DNA of 44,450 bases from sequence record MZ234012.1; one strand, written 5' to 3'. Shown piece after piece: positions 37,884 to 44,450 of this stretch. Under the pieces are notes generated by a model that had not been told where the DNA came from, made no database searches, and worked only from the letters and a program-made list of their open reading frames with translations. How positions within the stretch are numbered: position 1 is the stretch's first letter; each line of letters begins with the position of its first letter. Source of the stretch: Escherichia phage vB_EcoP-101101UKE1. The position numbers were made by a program, and so were the translations under genes.

Positions 37884-39782
37884 ATGGCTAAATTAACCAA
37901 ACCTAATACTGAAGGAATCTTGCATAAAGGACAATCTTTGTATGAGTACCTTGATGCGAGAGTTTTAACATCAAAGCCGTTTGGTGCTGTAGGTGACGCC
38001 GCTACTGATGATACGGAGGTTATAGCTGCTTCATTAAACTCTCAGAAAGCTGTCACAATCTCAGACGGTGTATTCTCTAGCTCTGGTATTAATAGTAATT
38101 ACTGTAACTTAGACGGTAGAGGTAGTGGGGTGCTAAGTCACCGTTCCAGTACAGGTAACTACTTAGTATTTAACAATCCACGTACAGGTCGCTTAAGTAA
38201 TATTACGGTAGAAAGTAATAAGGAGACTGATACAACTCAGGGACAGCAGGTATCTCTTGCGGGTGGAAGTGATGTTACTGTAAGTGACGTTAACTTCTCA
38301 AACGTTAAAGGTACTGGTTTCAGTTTAATCGCATACCCTAATGATGCGCCACCTGATGGACTTATGATTAAAGGCATTCGAGGTAGCTATTCCGGCTATG
38401 CTACTAATAAGGCAGCCGGATGCGTACTTGCTGACTCATCAGTTAACTCCCTCATAGATAACGTCATTGCTAAGAACTACCCTCAGTTCGGAGCAGTAGA
38501 GTTGAAAGGTACAGCCAGTTACAACATAGTCAGTAATGTTATAGGGACAGATTGCCAGCATGTAACTTACAACGGCACTGAAGGGCCAATAGCTCCTTCT
38601 AATAACCTTATCAAGGGGGTGATGGCTAATAACCCTAAGTATGCAGCGGTTGTTGCAGGCAAAGGAAGTACGAACTTGATCTCAGACGTGCTCGTAGGTT
38701 ACTCAACTTCTGATGCTAGGCAGGTTCATGGTGTTACCGTAGAAGGATCTGATAACGTCATAAATAATGTGCTTATGTCAGGATGTGATGGTACTAACTC
38801 TTTAGGACAAAGGCAGACTGCTACAATTGCACGCTTTATAGGTACAGCTAATAACAACTATGCGTCTGTATTTCCTAGCTACAGTGCTACAGGTGTTATT
38901 ACTTTCGAATCCGGCTCTACCCGTAACTTCGTAGAGGTAAAGCACCCTGGCAGGAGAAACGACCTTCTCAGTTCTGCTAGTACTATTGACGGTGCAGCTA
39001 CTATTGACGGCACTAATAATAGTAACGTAGTGCACGCACCTGCCTTAGGGCAGTACATAGGTAGTATGTCAGGTAGGTTCGAATGGCGGATTAAGTCCAT
39101 GTCACTCCCTTCAGGCGTTCTTACTTCTGCTGATAAGTACAGAATGCTTGGGGATGGTGCTGTATCATTAGCTTTAGGTGGGGGTACTTCTTCTCAAGTT
39201 CGCCTATTTACTTCTGATGGTACTTCTCGGACAGTGTCCCTCACCAACGGTAACGTGCGTCTTTCTACCAGTAGCACAGGCTATTTGCAGTTAGGTACTG
39301 ATGCAATGACCCCAGATAGTACTGGTACATACGCATTAGGTTCCGCCAGTCGAGCATGGTCTGGCGGTTTTACTCAAGCAGCATTCACTGTTACATCAGA
39401 TGCTCGGTGTAAAACAGAACCTCTTACTATCTCAGATGCCTTACTGGATGCTTGGTCTGAAGTTGACTTTGTGCAGTTTCAGTATTTGGATCGTGTTGAG
39501 GAGAAGGGTGCAGACTCAGCTAGATGGCACTTCGGTATCATCGCTCAGCGAGCTAAGGAGTCTTTCGAACGTCACGGTATAGATGCACATCGCTATGGCT
39601 TCTTGTGCTTCGACAGTTGGGATGATGTATACGAGGAAGATGCCAATGGCTCTCGTAAACTGATTACACCAGCAGGTTCCCGCTACGGTATTCGTTACGA
39701 GGAAGTGCTGATATTAGAGGCTGCGTTGATGCGGCGGACTATTAAGCGTATGCAGGAAGCACTAGCTTCCCTGCCTAAGTAA
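37884..39782 (+). CDS. tailspike 1: beta-helix depolymerase with C-terminal intramolecular chaperone (peptidase S74) domain
   Basis: N-terminal FGAVGDAATDDTEVIAA is pectate-lyase-like. C-terminal SDARCKTEP...WHFGIIAQRAKESFERHGIDAHRYGFLCFDSWDD matches the auto-cleaving chaperone domain of endosialidases, K5 lyase and the T5 L-shaped fiber. Start ATG 37884. Confidence 0.85.
   Translation: MAKLTKPNTEGILHKGQSLYEYLDARVLTSKPFGAVGDAATDDTEVIAASLNSQKAVTISDGVFSSSGINSNYCNLDGRGSGVLSHRSSTGNYLVFNNPRTGRLSNITVESNKETDTTQGQQVSLAGGSDVTVSDVNFSNVKGTGFSLIAYPNDAPPDGLMIKGIRGSYSGYATNKAAGCVLADSSVNSLIDNVIAKNYPQFGAVELKGTASYNIVSNVIGTDCQHVTYNGTEGPIAPSNNLIKGVMANNPKYAAVVAGKGSTNLISDVLVGYSTSDARQVHGVTVEGSDNVINNVLMSGCDGTNSLGQRQTATIARFIGTANNNYASVFPSYSATGVITFESGSTRNFVEVKHPGRRNDLLSSASTIDGAATIDGTNNSNVVHAPALGQYIGSMSGRFEWRIKSMSLPSGVLTSADKYRMLGDGAVSLALGGGTSSQVRLFTSDGTSRTVSLTNGNVRLSTSSTGYLQLGTDAMTPDSTGTYALGSASRAWSGGFTQAAFTVTSDARCKTEPLTISDALLDAWSEVDFVQFQYLDRVEEKGADSARWHFGIIAQRAKESFERHGIDAHRYGFLCFDSWDDVYEEDANGSRKLITPAGSRYGIRYEEVLILEAALMRRTIKRMQEALASLPK
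39406..39779 (+). other. intramolecular chaperone / peptidase S74 auto-processing domain within tailspike 1
   Basis: Begins at the conserved Ser of the SDARxK motif. Predicted self-cleavage immediately before this Ser. Confidence 0.7.
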
Positions 39783-39788
39783 GCAACA

Positions 39789-39812
39789 GGCAGTGCGTAA
39801 GCACTGCTTTTC
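39789..39812 (+). terminator. rho-independent terminator-like hairpin between the two tailspike genes
   Basis: gcagtgc-GTAA-gcactgc (7-bp perfect stem) followed by ttttc. Confidence 0.55.
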
Positions 39813-39867
39813 ACGCAACTTTTCTTAAAGGTTATCATGGTGGTAGCCTTTCAGAAAAGGAGGTTAC

Positions 39868-41580
39868 ATGCTTCAAAGATTAAGTGCTTACTTGGTGAAG
39901 TACAAGAGTAAACTAACAGGTACTATTGAGCGCCTGCTATCTGATAAACTATCGGATACTATAGATGTTGCGGATTTTGGAGTTAATCCCTCTTCTAATG
40001 ACAACAGGCAAGCCCTTCAAGCTGCATTTAATGCGGTCAGATTGCTAGGCGGTGGTACTGTATCAGTCACTAAGGCTGGCGAATATAAACTAAGTGGTAC
40101 TGTTGAGATATTTGCTAATACACACTTCAAGGTTGCTAAAGGTGTAACATTTGTACGTGACTACGAAACAGGAGATACGCTATTCAGATTATCACAAGGG
40201 CAAGCTAGTAATGTAACAGTCAGTGGAGGTGTCTATGAAGGCAATGGTCACACTAAAGGAGATACACCTTTTGTAGTATTTGCATCTACTAGTAATAATG
40301 ATTTGAAGTTTGAAGGCATAATAGTTAACAATGTAGTGGACTACCACGCCATAGATTTAGCAGATTGGAACAACGTAGTTATTCGTGATTGTAAATTCCT
40401 AGGGTTTAAGAATACAGGCAGTCGTAACTTCTCAGAGGCTATACAGTTAGACCCAGGACTTATTACAGTAGGTCGCTATGTGCAGTCTAGTGGTTTACTG
40501 GTAGAGAATTGCTATGCTGGCCCAAACCTTGATTCTGGATTTGGCGGGTATGGTGCTCTAGTAGGAAATCATGCATCAGCTTATGGTGTTCAAGATAACA
40601 ACATTAGAATCCTAAATTGCACTACAGATGGTGCGCTCTTTGCAGGTGTACGTGTATTTAACTGGAAAAACTGGATAGTACGTGGTTGCACATTTAGAAA
40701 TTCTAATGCAAGAGGTGTTCATGTTACACCTGTCTCCTCTCAAACTAAACCGCAAGGAACTCGACAAGGTAGTGTTGTAGATTGTACTTTTGATGGCGTA
40801 AGAACACCAGTGCTAATTGCTGCACCATCTTGGCCTTTTACCGATATTAGTGACATTTGGCATGACCATATTGAAATTTCTAATAATACTATGATCCTCA
40901 CAGAGGATGTATCCTATGGTGTAGATGCAAGGTGGTGTAAGAATTTAATTGTAAAGGGTAATACAGGCTCTGGTGGCTTAGGGTTAATCGGTTTACGCTT
41001 TGGGACAAAATACCACATAGAAGGTAATACTTGGGAAAACGGAAGAGGTAGTGGGATTTGGTTAGGTGAGTCTGATGCTACTACATTCATTGGTACTGGA
41101 TTATCGGGCGAAGGTATACTTAGTCGTAATATCCTCTCTAAATTAGGGCAATATGGTATTCATGTAAACTGCAAGGTTGGCGGTCTAGTGATTAAGGCTA
41201 ATAATATGAAGGAAGTATCTACAGCTGAAGCAGGTAGGCACTTCATTAGCATAGACACAGGAGCTAACAACATCCTAGTAGAAGGTAATATTGGAGTAGA
41301 TGGAGAAAGCCCTAACAAGCCAAGCCTTGGTATTCGTGTTACTTCTTCTTGTTCCAATATTAAACTCATTGGCAATGATTGCTATGGTACACAGGCGCCT
41401 CAGAATAACCAAGGAGTCGGTTCTAGTACGGTGATTGTTTATGGACTAAATGGCGATCCTACAACTTTAGGCGTAGGTGCACCTGTAGGCTCTTTAGCAA
41501 CTGATATCAATGGGTCTGGTGGTAGTACATTGTACGTTAAAGAATCTGGTACATCTGCTCAAGGTTGGGTTGCAAAGTAG
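39868..41580 (+). CDS. tailspike 2: pectate-lyase-like right-handed beta-helix protein
   Basis: RBS aaaggagg. DVADFGVNPSSNDNRQALQAAFNA is typical of pectate-lyase-superfamily tailspikes, and Gly/Asn/Val-rich repeats follow. Confidence 0.75.
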   Translation: MLQRLSAYLVKYKSKLTGTIERLLSDKLSDTIDVADFGVNPSSNDNRQALQAAFNAVRLLGGGTVSVTKAGEYKLSGTVEIFANTHFKVAKGVTFVRDYETGDTLFRLSQGQASNVTVSGGVYEGNGHTKGDTPFVVFASTSNNDLKFEGIIVNNVVDYHAIDLADWNNVVIRDCKFLGFKNTGSRNFSEAIQLDPGLITVGRYVQSSGLLVENCYAGPNLDSGFGGYGALVGNHASAYGVQDNNIRILNCTTDGALFAGVRVFNWKNWIVRGCTFRNSNARGVHVTPVSSQTKPQGTRQGSVVDCTFDGVRTPVLIAAPSWPFTDISDIWHDHIEISNNTMILTEDVSYGVDARWCKNLIVKGNTGSGGLGLIGLRFGTKYHIEGNTWENGRGSGIWLGESDATTFIGTGLSGEGILSRNILSKLGQYGIHVNCKVGGLVIKANNMKEVSTAEAGRHFISIDTGANNILVEGNIGVDGESPNKPSLGIRVTSSCSNIKLIGNDCYGTQAPQNNQGVGSSTVIVYGLNGDPTTLGVGAPVGSLATDINGSGGSTLYVKESGTSAQGWVAK

Positions 41581-41589
41581 TAGGATTGC

Positions 41590-41739
41590 ATGCCAATAAT
41601 CAAATCAGTTAAGCAAAGTGCTGTACGCCAGAACACAGAAGAGCTTATTCAATCAGGCCGTGACCCTAAGCAAGCTTATGCCATTGCCAAGGATGTACAA
41701 CGTCGTGCCTTGAAGAAACCTTCTGCATCTTCTGCGTAA
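41590..41739 (+). CDS. small basic protein (49 aa)
   Basis: ORF directly after tailspike 2 with a weak RBS. Confidence 0.3.
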   Translation: MPIIKSVKQSAVRQNTEELIQSGRDPKQAYAIAKDVQRRALKKPSASSA

Positions 41740-42045
41740 GCAGGTTAATATCTTAGTGTACACAAGGGCAGACCTAGGTTTGCTCTTAGTGTATTTACAA
41801 TGGAGGTCTTATGTATATACCTATGGAAGCAATAGTAGGTTGCCTGTGTTTGTTGGTAGGCTTCATTATAGGCTTAATAGCAAACCCTTAGTGTAATCCA
41901 AGGAGGTAACATGCAAGAAGAGAATTGGGATGTGTAATATTGGGTTTGGAGGAGGTTGAACCTTAGTCCTGTACAAGGATTAACCAAAGTCAAAATTTTG
42001 ATATATGCGTGTGTCAGTTCTCTCGCCCTCGCCCTCGCCGGGTTG

Positions 42046-42066
42046 CCCCCCCCCCCCCCCCCCCCC
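42046..42066. repeat. 21-nt poly(C) homopolymer
   Basis: Uninterrupted run of 21 C, preceded by (CGCCCT)x3 and followed by TATAGGG. Confidence 0.9.
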
Positions 42067-42326
42067 TATAGGGTGGCCTGAGGGAATCCGTCTTCGACGG
42101 GCAGGGCTGATGTACTCCTTGGATAGTACAAGGGAGGCGGAGGGAACGCCTAGGACGGCCTAGGGAATGGCTTAGTGGTGGACAAGGTGATTACCTTAGT
42201 GAAGCCTCTTAGTGCATTCCTGAGGCCATTCAGGGCGTTTATGAGGGATTGACAGGGTGAATGGGTGTGGGCTATCTGTTCGTTTCGTTCACTCCGCTTG
42301 CGCTCCGTTCACTCGCTCACGTGTAC

Positions 42327-42453
42327 CTTAGGTTATTACTTGATGGATAGCTTAGGTTAACCTTAGTGGAATGCCTTAGTTAAAGACTTAGTGCTTATCT
42401 TAGTAACAGCTTAGTAGTGTACCTTAGTTGGTCTTAGTGAATAGCCTTAGTGA
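42327..42453. repeat. array of about 10 CTTAGT short repeats with 10-13-bp spacing
   Basis: CTTAG occurs at 42327, 42351, 42362, 42375, 42387, 42399, 42410, 42423, 42433 and 42446. Further copies at 42171, 42196, 42208 and between 42590 and 42775. Confidence 0.85.
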
Positions 42454-42648
42454 TTGCACATGCAAGAATGTAAGATGCCAATAGGTCGCGGTCGGTAGAC
42501 CGCTAAAGAGAGAGAATAGTAATAAGATGCAGTAGGAGGAACACCAGAAACCTAGCCAACCTAGCCTATCCTAGCTCTGTATCTATTGCTTTTCCTTAGT
42601 CTAACATGTGAGACAACCTAGATTTATCTTAGTGATGATATCTTAGTG

Positions 42649-42677
42649 TTGACAAGGCCATCTCAATATAATACTAT
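42649..42677 (+). promoter_or_regulatory. candidate sigma70 early promoter (TTGACA-17-TACTAT)
   Basis: Perfect -35 hexamer, 17-bp spacer and a good -10, upstream of the first early gene. Confidence 0.55.
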
Positions 42678-42820
42678 TCATCACGTAGGCAGCACTGAGG
42701 TGCTTAGTAGCCAGCTAGTAAGGCATACGAAGAGACTAGCGCTTACATTGCTCTTTAACAATTTGCTTAGTGTAACCTATGTATGCCGTGGTCAATTACT
42801 TATTGAATGAGGAATTAACT

Positions 42821-43000
42821 ATGACATTAAACAACCGTGAACTGTCCGTTCTCTTCACTCTGTTGTGCTACATGATTCGTAACAACGAATTACTTACAGA
42901 CGATGAGTTAGCCTTGTATCACCGCTTTCTTAACGAAGGTTGGACCGATACAGTTAATCAATACCGTAACATGATAGATGAGTTGAGGGAGGGTAAATAA
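42821..43000 (+). CDS. early hypothetical protein (59 aa)
   Basis: RBS gagga 8 nt before ATG 42821; the track ORF opens at 42779. Confidence 0.4.
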   Translation: MTLNNRELSVLFTLLCYMIRNNELLTDDELALYHRFLNEGWTDTVNQYRNMIDELREGK

Positions 43001-43224
43001 TGTATCAGCATGAGGTTTTCTTTGAGTCAGCTAGTGAAGCTATCCGCTTCCTTGAAGATATGCTACAAGCTGGCGTAGGTGTTGATGTACATCACTTCCT
43101 ACTAGATTACGACACTGAATATCACCGAGTTACCTTAGTATCTGAGTATGACAACCAAGTCATTACTGAGTACCTAGGCAGTGAAGATTACGATTACGAT
43201 GAAGTAATCACGACAAATCTCTAA
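43000..43224 (+). CDS. early acidic protein (74 aa, Asp/Glu/Tyr-rich)
   Basis: TAATG-coupled to the preceding gene, RBS gagggagg. Strong net negative charge. Confidence 0.4.
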   Translation: MYQHEVFFESASEAIRFLEDMLQAGVGVDVHHFLLDYDTEYHRVTLVSEYDNQVITEYLGSEDYDYDEVITTNL

Positions 43225-43232
43225 ATTAACTG

Positions 43233-43261
43233 TTGACAGCCACGGCATACAAGGTTACATT
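43233..43261 (+). promoter_or_regulatory. candidate sigma70 early promoter (TTGACA-17-TACATT)
   Basis: Perfect -35 hexamer with a 17-bp spacer. Confidence 0.45.
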
Positions 43262-43353
43262 AAGCATCAAGACGGCGACGTCTTTAAACATCCCGCTCTT
43301 TAACAATACGGTTTGTGTCTTGATAGGCTAACTAACTAACTAAGGTAATTATC

Positions 43354-43464
43354 ATGAAAGGTTTAATTTGTGTAGAACGTATGGTCAATGGTAAACTTGA
43401 AATATTACCACTGGAAAACCAATCTAGCTTCAAAGAGTGGTATGGCTGTTTCTCACTGATTTAA
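43354..43464 (+). CDS. early small protein (36 aa)
   Basis: ORF after the TAACTAACTAA stop cluster with a weak RBS. Confidence 0.3.
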   Translation: MKGLICVERMVNGKLEILPLENQSSFKEWYGCFSLI

Positions 43465-43614
43465 GGTAGAGGCTGGCACTAGTCAGCCTATCAAGGCGCA
43501 AACCAAGCTCTTTAACAATTTGGATAAAGCTTCTTAGTCTGGATAGGTTAAACCTAGGAGATTCTCTTGAGTCTCCTATAATGTAACCTAACTAACTAAA
43601 TGAGGATTAATAAC

Positions 43615-43968
43615 ATGGCTATGTCTAATATGACTTACTCTCAGGTTTACAACACCGCTCATGCTGCATTAGTTGAACGTATCTGGAATGATGATATTGA
43701 TTGTATCGATAACGCACATGATGCAATCCATGATGCGGCGGATAGCGCTGTACCAATCTATTATGCTGACATCTTCTCCGTGATGGCGAGTGAAGGTATT
43801 GATCACTTCTTCGAAGACTCCGGCCTGATGCCAGATACTAAGGATGTAACGGTCGTACTACAAGCCCGTATTTATGAACAACTCACCATTGATTTATGGG
43901 AACGTGTTCAAGATATGATTGTTGAGTACACCACTTACGCTGAGTATTCAGAAGAAGAGGAAGAATAA
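43615..43968 (+). CDS. ocr: Ocr-like DNA-mimic anti-restriction protein (T7 gene 0.3 homolog)
   Basis: MAMSNMTY..., [43 protein letters not shown] and [15 protein letters not shown] closely match my recollection of T7 Ocr. 117 aa with an acidic C-terminus. RBS gagga 7 nt before ATG 43615. Confidence 0.8.
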   Translation: MAMSNMTYSQVYNTAHAALVERIWNDDIDCIDNAHDAIHDAADSAVPIYYADIFSVMASEGIDHFFEDSGLMPDTKDVTVVLQARIYEQLTIDLWERVQDMIVEYTTYAEYSEEEEE

Positions 43969-43969
43969 G

Positions 43970-44083
43970 ATGGAAAAGCTATACAACTTCATCTTTTCAG
44001 ACGGTGTAACCCTGAAGTGTTCCCTACGATTCGCACAAATTCGTGAGGAAGTACTAGGCACTACATACAAACTATTTAGCTGA
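43970..44083 (+). CDS. early small protein (37 aa)
   Basis: Begins 2 nt after the ocr stop, in the slot of T7 gene 0.4. No sequence similarity recognised. Confidence 0.3.
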   Translation: MEKLYNFIFSDGVTLKCSLRFAQIREEVLGTTYKLFS

Positions 44084-44098
44084 CACTATAAGAGAAGG
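44074..44098 (+). promoter_or_regulatory. degenerate phage-promoter-like element (ATTTAGCTGACACTATAAGAGAAGG)
   Basis: Strong resemblance to the consensus but with TATAAGAG in place of TATAGAAG. Confidence 0.3.
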
Positions 44099-44159
44099 CT
44101 TAACAAGGCGTTGCTACGGTAGCGCCTGATTAAACTTTCACTTACTAGGAGTTAAGACT

Positions 44160-44387
44160 ATGGATTTAGATAGCATCATTATGGCATTTGCTCTTATTGG
44201 CTTAAGCTGGTGCTCCTATCACCTTTACCGTGAGTTCTTATTTGATAAAGCTAAACGCAAACTAAGAAAGGAAGGCGGCAATTACCTTTGTGTAAGAGGT
44301 GGGCTTGTAGAATACATTGCACCTAACGGCACGGAATGCGCCATTAGCAAAGATGCATTTATAGAAACGTGGCATTACATCAAGTAA
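44160..44387 (+). CDS. early membrane protein (75 aa)
   Basis: RBS aggag. N-terminal TM helix IIMAFALIGLSWCSY. Confidence 0.4.
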   Translation: MDLDSIIMAFALIGLSWCSYHLYREFLFDKAKRKLRKEGGNYLCVRGGLVEYIAPNGTECAISKDAFIETWHYIK

Positions 44388-44421
44388 CTAGCCTATAGTC
44401 TACCTGAGTGGGCTATGTGAT

Positions 44422-44446
44422 ATTTACTTACACTATATAAGGTGAC
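44422..44446 (+). promoter_or_regulatory. degenerate phage-promoter-like element (ATTTACTTACACTATATAAGGTGAC)
   Basis: Partial match to the consensus, immediately upstream (across the circular junction) of the ORF at 1. Confidence 0.25.
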
Positions 44447-44450
44447 TATT

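Noticed and set aside
42160-42460. Possible CRISPR array suggested by the regularly spaced short repeats
   Set aside because: The repeat unit is only 6-8 bp with 10-13-bp spacing and no 25-40-bp direct repeats or spacers. It matches the terminal short-repeat arrays of T7-like genomes instead.
43600-43614. Upstream start (MRINNMAMS...) for the Ocr gene
   Set aside because: The ATG at 43600 lies inside the Shine-Dalgarno sequence (gagga) that serves the ATG at 43615, and T7 Ocr starts MAMSNMTY.
1-44450. Integrase, repressor or attachment sites indicating a prophage, and tRNA genes
   Set aside because: No tyrosine or serine recombinase motifs and no lysogeny module were seen; the content and order are those of a strictly lytic T7-supergroup genome. 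No tRNA-like cloverleaf candidates were noticed, though a tRNA scan was not run.

Overview
The window reads as a complete, circularly permuted ~44.4-kb genome of a lytic T7-supergroup podovirus (Autographiviridae), with every supported gene on the + strand. Gene order is the SP6/K1-5 type rather than the T7 type: early anti-restriction genes (including a clear Ocr homolog), single-subunit RNA polymerase, a gp1.1-like peptide, primase/helicase, family-A DNA polymerase, 5'-3' exonuclease, endonuclease VII, DNA ligase, then portal, scaffold, capsid, tail tube A/B, three internal virion proteins, tail adaptor, holin, terminase (with an HNH endonuclease between the small and large subunit genes), endolysin, spanins and two tailspikes at the right end. 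About 14 phage-RNAP promoters of consensus ATTTACYGGACACTATAGAAG (one mismatch from the SP6 promoter) are scattered through the genome. The physical genome ends appear to lie near 42.0 kb, where there is a 21-nt poly(C) tract, a periodic CTTAGT short-repeat array and sigma70-type early promoters. Non-core items worth follow-up are a minimal CCA-adding-enzyme-like nucleotidyltransferase, a calcineurin-type metallophosphoesterase with an N-terminal extension, a GNAT acetyltransferase, a 16-bp palindrome recurring at six intergenic sites, and several small acidic or membrane proteins. All calls rest on motif recognition and synteny from memory; no database search was run, so gene starts and the less certain functions need confirmation.
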